Shown here: one piece after another, positions 16,578 to 24,219 of the stretch | Numbering within the stretch: position 1 is the first letter of the stretch | Layout: every line of letters begins with the position of its first letter | Source: Lachnospiraceae bacterium | Lineage (GTDB): Bacteria; Bacillota; Clostridia; Lachnospirales; Anaerotignaceae | Direction of reading: 5' to 3' | Assembly (NCBI GenBank): GCA_034933685.1 | Contig: JAYFNB010000017.1 | Span: 371,683 to 403,682, forward strand | DNA: 32,000 nt | Program-made: the position numbers and the translations under genes | Notes under the pieces: generated by a model | What the model was told of the DNA's origin: nothing | Databases searched by the model: none | What the model saw: the letters and a program-made list of their open reading frames with translations, nothing else

Positions 16578-19500
16578 TTAAATATATTTGTTTAGTACGG
16601 CAAAAAGTACTTGAGTGTCTATTGGTTTTGAAATATGTTCATTCATACCTGCAGAAATAGCAGCTGTTATATCTTCGGTAAATGCATTTGCTGTCATTGC
16701 TATGATAGGTATTGAAGTTGCCTGATCATGCTTAAGGCCACGTATTAAACGAGTTGCTTCGTGGCCATCCATTACAGGCATTTGAACATCCATTAATATT
16801 GCAGAATATGTGCCGGCAGTAGAAGATTCAAATTTTTCGACAGCTGATTTTCCATTTTCGGCTGAGTCTGCCACAATACCAACCATGGAAAGAAGTTCTA
16901 TTGCTATTTCACGGTTAAGTGCATTGTCTTCTGCAAGCAGCACCTTTTTACCGTTAAAATTATAGCTTATTTCCTTAGATTCCTTTTTGTTATATTTTCC
17001 GCCCACTACGTTTACAAGGGTATTAAAAAGTGAACTTTGAAATAATGGCTTTGAAATAAGAGTATCTGCACCTGCGGCTTTGGCTTCGTCTTCAATTTCA
17101 CTTAAGTCGTAAGCAGATGCAATAATGATGATTGTATTTTTACCATAAAGCTCACGAATGCGCCTTGTTGTTTCCATGCCGTCTATATCAGGCATTTTCC
17201 AGTCTATAATACAAATGTTGTAATCATCACCTTTATCATGACTTTCTTTTATTGTTTCAATGGCAGTGTAGCCAGAGGTAACATAGCTATGGCGCAAGCC
17301 GATTCTATCCAGAATTGAAGAGGCATATTTGCACGTAACTAAATCATCATCAACAACTATTGCATTCATATTGTTAAAGGAATTTTCAGGAAACATTACA
17401 TGAGATTCTGTAAGACCAAATGGAAGTTCAACGGTAAAGGTTGAACCTTCTTCAAGTTTGCTTGAAACGGATATTTTGCCATTCATCAGTTCTGTAAGGT
17501 TTTTTGCAATGGATAAACCAAGTCCGCTTCCGCCATACTTCTGTGCAGTTGTTGCATCGTTTTGTTCAAATGGCTGAAATATACGGTCTAAGAATTCCTC
17601 GCTTATTCCGCACCCTGTGTCTGTTACAACAAACTTCATAAAAATGTTGTCACTTTGGGTTTTAATTTGTGTGGCAGTAAGAGTTATTTTACCGCCTGTT
17701 TCTGTGAATTTAATTGCATTGCTTAATAAATTTATTAAAATTTGATTAAGCCTAAGCTGGTCGCCGCATAAAGTTTCGTATGTAATATCGTTTAGCAAGA
17801 GTTCAAAACTAACATTATTTTGTTTGCATTGGCTGTAATAAAGTGCAGAAATAGAATTTAAAAGATGTTTTAAATCAAAAGGTTCTTTGGCTATTTTAAG
17901 CTTTTCGCTTTCAATTGCAGACATATCCAGTACATCATTAATAATATTTAAAAGCATTTTAGATGAAAATAAAATTTTGTTCAGATAATCTGCTGTTCTT
18001 TTTTCATCAGAAACGTAATTTGCGGCAAGAGATGCCATACCTATAATTGCATTCATGGGCGTGCGTATTTCATGACTCATTCTTGACAAAAAGTTGGATT
18101 TTGCATGGCTCGCATGTTGTGCCTGTTCTATTGCTTGGGTAAGTTGATTATTCTTTTTTAGCAATTCATTGTTATGTTTTTGCCTAAGCATTGCTACCAT
18201 TAGTAAAAGCCAAATACAAATTGCAATAAGTATAGAAGTTGTTAAAATCAGCACTTTGTATTTCACAAAAAAATCGTTGAAGGAAAGTCTGTATGGGTCT
18301 GCAAAGGTGTTATTAACAACAAGTTTGTTTATCTCATCCTTATCCAAAACTTCAATTGTTTTGGAAATGATGGATATTAGCATTTCGTTGTTTGTGTTGC
18401 TAGGTGAGGCAATACAAAGACTTTCCTGTGCGTAATATGTAGGTATAACTCCTAAACTGTCATATTTAGGATTTTGAAGTTTATGGCTTATGTAGTATGA
18501 ATTTTGAAGCATAACATCTGCGCTTCCGTTTAAAACGGCCTCAAGGCATAGGTCGTTTGAAGGCCAAGTTTCAATATTAAAATTAGGATAAATACTTTTT
18601 ATGTATCCCTTTGCTAAGCTAAATGATTTGGGTATTGCCATGGTGAGGGCGTGTGAGGAATTAAAAGACTTATTGGATTTTCCGACCATAGCAAGGGAAC
18701 TTGTTAAATAAGGTTGGGTTAATATTAGTTTTTTTCCGTCCTCTAATTCCTCATCATAAAATGCACCTGCAACCAAATTAACATTATTGCCTTCAAGAAA
18801 TTCAGATGGACAAGTGTTACTAGGGATAGGCTCATATTGGAATTTCAGACCTGTTTCCTTAGAAATTAGGTTTAAAATGTCTATGGTTATGCCTGAAAAC
18901 TCCTGCGTTTTAGGGTTATAGTATGAAATCGGAGAACAGTCTTGGATATTACCTACTGTAATTACAGGCTGTCTTTTAATAAATTCAGCCTCCTCACGTG
19001 TTAAAAGAGGCTTTGTAGATGAGGCACTGGTGCTGTAATATTTTGCATATAAATTGCTTTCAAAATACGGATTAAGGCTTTTTATGTTATCAAGTGCTCT
19101 GTCAACTCCATTTAGTACAGTACTACTTCCGCTGGTTGTAATAATATAAAATGGGTCAGAGCCAAATTTACACAGGGTTCTCAAGTCTTTGTGAAGCGCA
19201 AGACTTCCAGTAGCAATGGCATCAACTTCACCGTTTTCCAAAGCATCCATCATTTTGCTATAGTCACTATAGGTTTTAGTTTCATAAGTGAAGTCGTGCT
19301 CCTTTGAGTAAGTGTCAAAAGATTCATGCTGAAAACTTCCGTTTAAAACGGCTACCGTCATGCCATTAAAGGAGGCATAATCATTATAGTACATTTTGTC
19401 ATTATCTAGAAGGGTATAAAGAATGGTGCTTTCAACCCCTATAGGGTATTTTGAATAATCAAAGAATTTATCTCGTTCATCAGTGTATTGGGCCATGCAC

Positions 19501-19778
19501 ACAAGGTCTATTTCTCCATTTTTAAGCATTTCAAGGCTGTTTTCCCAGGTGTCAAACACATATTCATATTTCCAGCCAGTGTATTTGGATATTTCTTTTA
19601 AGTATTCAACACCATAGCCTTTAAATTTTCCGTCTTCTTGTTCAGAAATAAAACCTTCAAGCTCTATGTATCCAACACGCAAAGTTGTTTCCCGTTTATC
19701 AGCAAAGGCAGGTGTAAGGCTTGAAAATGTAAACATGAAAACCAGAAAAAGGGTTGTGAAGTGGGGTATTTTTTTCAT
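16578..19778 (-). CDS. hybrid sensor histidine kinase: signal peptide, 2 x SBP_bac_3-like domains, TM, HisKA/HATPase, 2 x receiver
   Basis: Start MKKIPHF... with a GGAGG RBS (the ATG at 19778 is preferred over 19799). Two family-3 solute-binding-like modules, TM helix VLILTTSILIAICIWLLLMVAML, H-box SHEIRTPMNAIIGM, G-boxes DTGCGI and GGSGLGLSI, then two REC domains (IIDWKMPDIDG; LMDVQMPVMDG). No HPt visible. Confidence 0.9.
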   Translation of the reverse strand: MKKIPHFTTLFLVFMFTFSSLTPAFADKRETTLRVGYIELEGFISEQEDGKFKGYGVEYLKEISKYTGWKYEYVFDTWENSLEMLKNGEIDLVCMAQYTDERDKFFDYSKYPIGVESTILYTLLDNDKMYYNDYASFNGMTVAVLNGSFQHESFDTYSKEHDFTYETKTYSDYSKMMDALENGEVDAIATGSLALHKDLRTLCKFGSDPFYIITTSGSSTVLNGVDRALDNIKSLNPYFESNLYAKYYSTSASSTKPLLTREEAEFIKRQPVITVGNIQDCSPISYYNPKTQEFSGITIDILNLISKETGLKFQYEPIPSNTCPSEFLEGNNVNLVAGAFYDEELEDGKKLILTQPYLTSSLAMVGKSNKSFNSSHALTMAIPKSFSLAKGYIKSIYPNFNIETWPSNDLCLEAVLNGSADVMLQNSYYISHKLQNPKYDSLGVIPTYYAQESLCIASPSNTNNEMLISIISKTIEVLDKDEINKLVVNNTFADPYRLSFNDFFVKYKVLILTTSILIAICIWLLLMVAMLRQKHNNELLKKNNQLTQAIEQAQHASHAKSNFLSRMSHEIRTPMNAIIGMASLAANYVSDEKRTADYLNKILFSSKMLLNIINDVLDMSAIESEKLKIAKEPFDLKHLLNSISALYYSQCKQNNVSFELLLNDITYETLCGDQLRLNQILINLLSNAIKFTETGGKITLTATQIKTQSDNIFMKFVVTDTGCGISEEFLDRIFQPFEQNDATTAQKYGGSGLGLSIAKNLTELMNGKISVSSKLEEGSTFTVELPFGLTESHVMFPENSFNNMNAIVVDDDLVTCKYASSILDRIGLRHSYVTSGYTAIETIKESHDKGDDYNICIIDWKMPDIDGMETTRRIRELYGKNTIIIIASAYDLSEIEDEAKAAGADTLISKPLFQSSLFNTLVNVVGGKYNKKESKEISYNFNGKKVLLAEDNALNREIAIELLSMVGIVADSAENGKSAVEKFESSTAGTYSAILMDVQMPVMDGHEATRLIRGLKHDQATSIPIIAMTANAFTEDITAAISAGMNEHISKPIDTQVLFAVLNKYI

Positions 19779-19847
19779 TAAGAGCCTCCTTATACACAAT
19801 TGGTAGAATATAATTCAATAAAAGGTATATTTTCACATATTAATATG

Positions 19848-19876
19848 ATTGTAATATATTTGGTGAATGTATGCAA
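19848..19876 (-). promoter_or_regulatory. candidate promoter for the hybrid kinase
   Basis: Minus strand reads TTGCAT (19871-19876), 17-nt spacer, TACAAT (19848-19853). Confidence 0.4.
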
Positions 19877-19929
19877 TTTTTATTTTTATTTGTACATGAA
19901 TACTGTTGCACAAACATTTAAATGCAATT

Positions 19930-19963
19930 AAAAAACCGCATTCCTTATAGTAGGATTGCGGTT
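19930..19963 (-). terminator. terminator downstream of tRNA-Arg
   Basis: Stem aaccgcattcc (19934-19944) / ggattgcggtt (19953-19963) with one central mismatch, flanked by A/T runs on both sides. Confidence 0.6.
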
Positions 19964-19970
19964 TTTGTAT

Positions 19971-20044
19971 GTTCCCGATGCGATTCGAACGCACGACCCC
20001 TCGCTTAGGAGGCGAGTGCTCTATCCTGCTGAGCTACGGAAACA
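19971..20044 (-). tRNA. tRNA-Arg (anticodon CCU)
   Basis: Hand-folded cloverleaf on the minus strand: acceptor GTTTCCG/CGGGAAC, D-arm GCTC-AGCAGGATA-GAGC, anticodon arm CTCGC-CTCCTAA-GCGAG, T-arm GTGCG-TTCGAAT-CGCAT, discriminator A. No encoded CCA. Confidence 0.9.
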
Positions 20045-20118
20045 CGAATACGCTGTTGATGGTGATTACAATTTATATGGCTTATAACAAGATACAGCTG
20101 TTTTTAAATGCACAATAC

Positions 20119-20147
20119 ATTCTATGTGAAATATCTCGTTTAGTCAA
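20119..20147 (-). promoter_or_regulatory. candidate promoter for tRNA-Arg
   Basis: Minus strand reads TTGACT (20142-20147), 17-nt spacer, TAGAAT (20119-20124), about 70 nt upstream of the tRNA 5' end. Confidence 0.45.
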
Positions 20148-20168
20148 TAGTAAAATTTGTTGAATTGC

Positions 20169-20197
20169 TTGACAAAACTGCGTTGCTGCTTTAGTAT
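20169..20197 (+). promoter_or_regulatory. sigma-A type promoter for the amino-acid ABC transporter operon
   Basis: TTGACA (20169-20174), 17-nt spacer, TAGTAT (20192-20197). Confidence 0.5.
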
Positions 20198-20246
20198 GGT
20201 AATGCGATAGCACATAATTGGTAATTAAGCTTAGGAGGTTTTTAAA

Positions 20247-21098
20247 ATGAAAAAGAGAGTATTAGCATTGGGCTTAGCGGCTACAATGGTATTTGGAGCA
20301 TTAACAGGTTGTGCAGCAAAATCAGCACCAACAACACCAGCAGCTTCTGGCGCGGAAGGTAAAACAGAAGGTGAAGCAGAAAAAGCAGCAACAGAGGATA
20401 TTGGCTACGAAAAGGTTATTGTTGGTCTTGACGACACATTTGCACCAATGGGATTTAGAGACCAAAGCAATGAGCTTGTTGGTTTTGACGTTGAGCTTGC
20501 AAAGGCAGTAGGTGAAATAATTGGCGTTGAAGTTGAATTCCAGCCAATCGAATGGGCGATGAAAGAAACAGAGCTTACTAACAAAAATATTGACCTTATA
20601 TGGAATGGCTATACCATTACGGATGCAAGAAAAGAAAAGGTACTTTTTACACAGCCATACCTTAAAAACAGACAGATTGTACTTGTTCCTGGCGACTCTG
20701 AAATTGAAACACTTGCAGACCTTAGTGGAAAAACTGTAGCAACACAGGCACAGTCCAGCAGTGAGGAAGCGATGATGGCAATGCCTGAGATTACAGACAC
20801 ATTTGGTGAATATGTAACCTTTGGTACATATGAAGAATGCTTGCTTGATATGGAAGCAGGCAGAGCAGATGCAGTTGTTGCAGATGAAGTGCTTATAAGA
20901 TATTATATTTCTCAGCACGAAGGAACAGAGTATAAAGTGCTGGAAGAAAATTTTGGTGAAGAGGAATATGGTATTGGTGCAAGAAAAGAAGATACAGCTT
21001 TAGTAGAAGCTATAAATGGTGCATTAACAGAGCTTAAAGCTAACGGGAAAGGCAAAGAAATATCTGAAAAGTGGTTTGCAGAGGATATTTTGCAGTAA
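20247..21098 (+). CDS. amino-acid ABC transporter substrate-binding lipoprotein (family 3)
   Basis: Lipobox LTGC, an Ala/Glu-rich linker, then polar-amino-acid SBP motifs (GLDDTFAPMGF, GFDVELAKA, DLIWNGYTIT). Confidence 0.9.
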   Translation: MKKRVLALGLAATMVFGALTGCAAKSAPTTPAASGAEGKTEGEAEKAATEDIGYEKVIVGLDDTFAPMGFRDQSNELVGFDVELAKAVGEIIGVEVEFQPIEWAMKETELTNKNIDLIWNGYTITDARKEKVLFTQPYLKNRQIVLVPGDSEIETLADLSGKTVATQAQSSSEEAMMAMPEITDTFGEYVTFGTYEECLLDMEAGRADAVVADEVLIRYYISQHEGTEYKVLEENFGEEEYGIGARKEDTALVEAINGALTELKANGKGKEISEKWFAEDILQ

Positions 21099-21190
21099 AT
21101 AAGTGATAAAAAAGTAAACTGAATTTGGCTGCCAAAATATTTGGTGGCTAAATTTGCGTATAGGGAATGCAGTTCAGAGGGGAAAAGCGT

Positions 21191-21820
21191 ATGAATTATC
21201 TTGTTCAAATTTTAGAAGGATTGGGATTAACATTAAGTGTATTTACTGTTTCCCTTATACTTTCACTGCCGCTTGGCGTTTTGGTGGCGGGGTTAAGGCT
21301 TTCAAAAATTAAGGCCGTAAGTAAGGTTACAGAGGTTTACATTTGGGTACTTCGAGGTACGCCGTTATTACTCCAAATTATGTTTGTATTTTTCGGTTTG
21401 CCAAGTATAGGCATAAGCTTTGGAAGGTTTAATTCTGTAGTTATTGCTTTTGTGCTTAACTATGCGGCCTATTTTGGTGAAATTTTTCGCTCTGGAATTC
21501 AGTCTATAGAAAAAGGACAGAAAGAGGCTGCAAGTATACTTGGTTTTTCTCCTAGTCAAATTAACTTAAAAATAGTATTACCACAGGTAATTAAGCGCAC
21601 ATTGCCATCTATAGGTAATGAAGTTATAACCCTTGTTAAAGACACATCTTTGGTGTATGCAGTTGGCTGGAGCGATATTTTAAAATATGCAAAAGGTATA
21701 GCTGTAAGAGACGCAACCCTTACGCCATATTTAATTGCAGGTTGCATATATTTGGTGCTTACATACATAATTACCAAAGGGTTTGAGGGAATAGAGAGAA
21801 AGGTTAATTACGAAGAGTAG
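21191..21820 (+). CDS. amino-acid ABC transporter permease (HisM/GlnP-type)
   Basis: LRGTPLLLQIMFVFFGLP and the EAA-like loop EAASILGFSPSQ...LPQ. The ATG at 21191 follows the RBS agagggga; 21167 in the track lacks one. Confidence 0.9.
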   Translation: MNYLVQILEGLGLTLSVFTVSLILSLPLGVLVAGLRLSKIKAVSKVTEVYIWVLRGTPLLLQIMFVFFGLPSIGISFGRFNSVVIAFVLNYAAYFGEIFRSGIQSIEKGQKEAASILGFSPSQINLKIVLPQVIKRTLPSIGNEVITLVKDTSLVYAVGWSDILKYAKGIAVRDATLTPYLIAGCIYLVLTYIITKGFEGIERKVNYEE

Positions 21821-21828
21821 GTGAAAAT

Positions 21829-22551
21829 ATGTTACTACAAGCAGAAGGTCTTTTTAAAGCCTTTAATGATACGGTTGTGCTTAATGATGTAAGCCTAAAT
21901 GTTGAATGCGGTGAGGTTGTTTCCCTGGTTGGGCAAAGTGGCGCAGGCAAAACAACGGTACTTAGATGTATTACAGGTCTTGAAAAGTGCGACAGAGGGA
22001 ATATATCCATAAACGATAAATTTATATGTAAAACAGAAAATGGGGTTACATCCCATGCAACTAAAAATGAGTTGGCACTTATACGCCATGAATTAGGCAT
22101 GGTCTTTCAAGCATATCATCTTTTTCCCCACATGACAGTGCTGGAAAACGTTACCCTTGCACTTACAGATGTTTATAAAGTTTCACGGACACAGGCTAAC
22201 GAAGAGGCGGTTAAAATGCTTGAAAGCCTTGGTCTTGGAGAGAAAATAAATAGTAAGCCGTCACAGCTTAGTGGTGGGCAGAAACAAAGGGTTGCAATTG
22301 CAAGAAGCTGTGTTACAAACCCTAAACTTCTGTGCTTTGACGAGCCAACAGCGGCATTGGATTCCGCATTGGTTGTGGAAATGATTAAAATTATAAGAAA
22401 CCTTGCAAGTGAAAAGGGAATAGGCATACTTATAATAAGCCACGACGAGAAATTTGTTAGGGATGTTTCGGACCGAGTGCTTTTTATTGAACGCGGAAAG
22501 ATAACAAAGGAAATGACTTCAGAGGAATATAAAAACGTAATAAGAGAATAA
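21829..22551 (+). CDS. amino-acid ABC transporter ATP-binding protein
   Basis: Walker A GQSGAGKTT, signature LSGGQKQRVAIAR, Walker B LLCFDEPT, H-loop SHD. Confidence 0.9.
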   Translation: MLLQAEGLFKAFNDTVVLNDVSLNVECGEVVSLVGQSGAGKTTVLRCITGLEKCDRGNISINDKFICKTENGVTSHATKNELALIRHELGMVFQAYHLFPHMTVLENVTLALTDVYKVSRTQANEEAVKMLESLGLGEKINSKPSQLSGGQKQRVAIARSCVTNPKLLCFDEPTAALDSALVVEMIKIIRNLASEKGIGILIISHDEKFVRDVSDRVLFIERGKITKEMTSEEYKNVIRE

Positions 22552-22601
22552 GCAATAGAGAAAGATGTTCAAGTTTTTAGTAAAAATAAAGGAATTTATA
22601 G

Positions 22602-22640
22602 CAGCGGCAATCACATACAAAGTGATTGCCGCTGTTTGCT
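22602..22640 (+). terminator. rho-independent terminator after the ABC operon
   Basis: 13-bp perfect stem cagcggcaatcac (22602-22614) / gtgattgccgctg (22622-22634), then TTTG. Confidence 0.75.
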
Positions 22641-22699
22641 TGCCTATTAGAAAAGTGATATAGTGGTAGACAGAATATTTATTTAGCTGGAGGTTGATT

Positions 22700-23143
22700 A
22701 TGAAAATTTATAGTTGGAAAGACCTGTTAGTATCAATATTTGGTGGCGGTGGTGCCATTATATATATATTATTACACTTTAAAGAGGCAACTGATTATAT
22801 TTGGTTAATAATATTTGCATATTTAGTTTTAAAAGGGATTTGTATTTCAATTTCAAAAGAAGAATATGATAAGGAGAAAAAAAGAGAAGCAAAAATGAAA
22901 AAGGTGTACCGTAAGTTGTTTGGAAAATTTGAACCAGTGGCACCATACGGAGGACTTATTTTGATGGGATTAGGTTGTGCAGTTGTACTATTATTTCCTG
23001 AAGTGGAATGGGTGACGGAATGGCTTCTATTAATTTTGATATTGAGTGCATTAGCTTACAACATTTGGCTAGCTATAATAATAAGAAAACATATGAAGAT
23101 AGAGGAAGAACAAGAGAGAGTTAATTGTGAAAAAGTGGAATAA
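22700..23143 (+). CDS. hypothetical membrane protein (about 4 TM helices)
   Basis: GGAGG RBS 6 nt before the ATG at 22700 (the TTG at 22694 in the track is less likely). Hydrophobic helices flank a K/E-rich loop. No family recognised. Confidence 0.65.
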   Translation: MKIYSWKDLLVSIFGGGGAIIYILLHFKEATDYIWLIIFAYLVLKGICISISKEEYDKEKKREAKMKKVYRKLFGKFEPVAPYGGLILMGLGCAVVLLFPEVEWVTEWLLLILILSALAYNIWLAIIIRKHMKIEEEQERVNCEKVE

Positions 23144-23177
23144 AATGAAAACAGCACAAAAGATAGAGTAGTTTTAA

Positions 23178-23213
23178 TATAATGCTAGAAAACAGCATTA
23201 TAGCGTTATTTTT
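23178..23213 (+). terminator. hairpin between the orphan membrane gene and the cotJC stub
   Basis: 9-bp stem tataatgct (23178-23186) / agcattata (23194-23202), loop agaaaac, T-run at 23209-23213. Confidence 0.5.
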
Positions 23214-23328
23214 ACCATATCATATTGCCATCTGCACCACCATACTGTTCTATCATAATTTTAGCAAGACGGGCATCAGGAGTTTTTATTTTAACGGGAA
23301 ATTCAAGCTTTTTTTCGTAAATCCACAT
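23212..23328 (-). pseudogene. cotJC: 5' remnant of cotJC (Mn-catalase-family spore coat protein), 38 codons then stop
   Basis: My own translation of the minus strand directly after the cotJB stop (TAAATG junction): MWIYEKKLEFPVKIKTPDARLAKIMIEQYGGADGNMIW*. This matches the conserved CotJC N-terminus as I remember it (MWxYEKKLxxPVK...LIEQYGGADGE), but the roughly 150 remaining residues are absent. It is too short to appear in the ORF track. Confidence 0.75.
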
Positions 23329-23613
23329 TTATTTACACCTCGCTTTGGGAGCTTCAAAATTGAAAGAGTTCTGCCATGGCCATGGGCAATCGTCCCAGAG
23401 CCATTTATCATCACAACGGTTCATGCTTCTGCTACCACAAACAGGACCAGCAATTTTTTCGTATTTGCCACGTACTGTATCAGCTGCTTTAATAATTTTG
23501 TTGTACATTGAAATAGCTTCTTCATGCGTTGGATGAGTATTAAGGAAAAGGGCCAAATCTGTTGCCATAAAATCCAATTCTGTTAGTGTTTTTAAAAGAG
23601 CATCTCTTTCCAT
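23329..23613 (-). CDS. cotJB: spore coat protein CotJB
   Basis: LDFMATDLALFLNTHPTHEEAISMYN...KYEKIAGPV...CPWPWQ matches the CotJB family pattern. Confidence 0.88.
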   Translation of the reverse strand: MERDALLKTLTELDFMATDLALFLNTHPTHEEAISMYNKIIKAADTVRGKYEKIAGPVCGSRSMNRCDDKWLWDDCPWPWQNSFNFEAPKARCK

Positions 23614-23617
23614 TAAG

Positions 23618-23920
23618 CTACCTCCTTCCTAGACATCTGCTTGGGACATATGGTATTACCAGCTGAGGGAAAATTGTGCCGCAGGCAAGGCCATCCTCTT
23701 GTGAAAACGTTTTAAATTCTGTTTGATAGGGAACGTAGGCTTGAGCCAAGCCAACGTGCTCCATAACACAATCGTTGCAGTCTAAAACCTCATAACAGAA
23801 ATCCTCTGGCGTCATAGCACACGCGTCTTCAACTCTACTTTTTACACACTTGCAATCTTCGTTGTATTTTTGCTTTTGACAACCAAAAGCCATATAGTAA
23901 TCCTGGTAGTTCTGGGTCAA
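23618..23920 (-). CDS. cotJA: spore coat-associated protein CotJA
   Basis: LAQAYVPYQ...GLACGTIFPQLVIPY is the CotJA signature. TTG start at 23920 with a GGAGG RBS 8 nt upstream. 4 nt gap to cotJB. Confidence 0.8.
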   Translation of the reverse strand: MTQNYQDYYMAFGCQKQKYNEDCKCVKSRVEDACAMTPEDFCYEVLDCNDCVMEHVGLAQAYVPYQTEFKTFSQEDGLACGTIFPQLVIPYVPSRCLGRR

Positions 23921-23952
23921 TTTAATAACCTCCTAAAGGTTGGTTGCAGTTT

Positions 23953-23961
23953 TATATTATG
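23953..23961 (-). promoter_or_regulatory. possible sporulation-sigma (sigma-E/K-like) -10 element for cotJ
   Basis: The minus strand reads CATAATATA (CATA-N3-TA pattern) about 30 nt upstream of the cotJA RBS. No convincing -35. Confidence 0.25.
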
Positions 23962-24022
23962 AGAAAAATGAGAAGGTTGTTACTAAATTGGCTTGTCAAA
24001 GGTAAAAAATGCAGAAAATATG

Positions 24023-24050
24023 TTGACATATTTTGGCTTTGTATTAAAAT
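24023..24050 (+). promoter_or_regulatory. candidate promoter for tRNA-Pro
   Basis: TTGACA (24023-24028), 16-nt spacer, TAAAAT (24045-24050), about 12 nt before the tRNA 5' end. Confidence 0.45.
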
Positions 24051-24062
24051 AAAATAGTATAT

Positions 24063-24135
24063 CGGGGTGTGGCTCAGGTGGTAGAGCGCTGCGTTCGGGA
24101 CGCAGAAGTCGTGAGTTCGAGTCTCGTCACCCCGA
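24063..24135 (+). tRNA. tRNA-Pro (anticodon CGG)
   Basis: Hand-folded: acceptor CGGGGTG/CACCCCG, D-arm GCTC-AGGTGGTA-GAGC, anticodon arm CTGCG-TTCGGGA-CGCAG, T-arm GTGAG-TTCGAGT-CTCGT, discriminator A. No encoded CCA. Confidence 0.9.
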
Positions 24136-24219
24136 TTTGTAACAACAAATATGATGAAATTGGAACTAAATGTTGCTTATGCAAAAACCTTTTGAATTAG
24201 GTGAAGGTGAGGGAAACCA

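Noticed and set aside
19969-20163. A 64-aa plus-strand ORF.
   Set aside because: It runs through the complement of tRNA-Arg and its promoter region, an artefact of the tRNA sequence.
20311-20511. A Gln/His-rich 66-aa alternative-frame ORF (MQQNQHQQHQQ...) inside the SBP gene.
   Set aside because: It is a frame-shifted reading of the Ala/Glu/Lys-rich lipoprotein linker (GCA/GAA/AAA repeats). There is no independent start signal.
70-22100. Many 60-200 aa antisense or alternate-frame ORFs in the supplied track (e.g. 70-519, 5729-6127, 7848-8195, 8783-9115, 9497-9892, 10706-11062, 13609-13926, 14383-14811, 15859-16200, 20322-20918, 21804-22100, and later 26127-26558, 27007-27687, 29383-29826).
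   Set aside because: Each is nested inside a longer ORF with clear family motifs on the other strand or frame. They lack an RBS and have skewed low-complexity composition.
23182-23536. Plus-strand ORFs of 109 and 63 aa opposite cotJB and the cotJC stub.
   Set aside because: They are antisense to clearly recognisable CotJB/CotJC sequence, with no RBS and no recognisable motifs.
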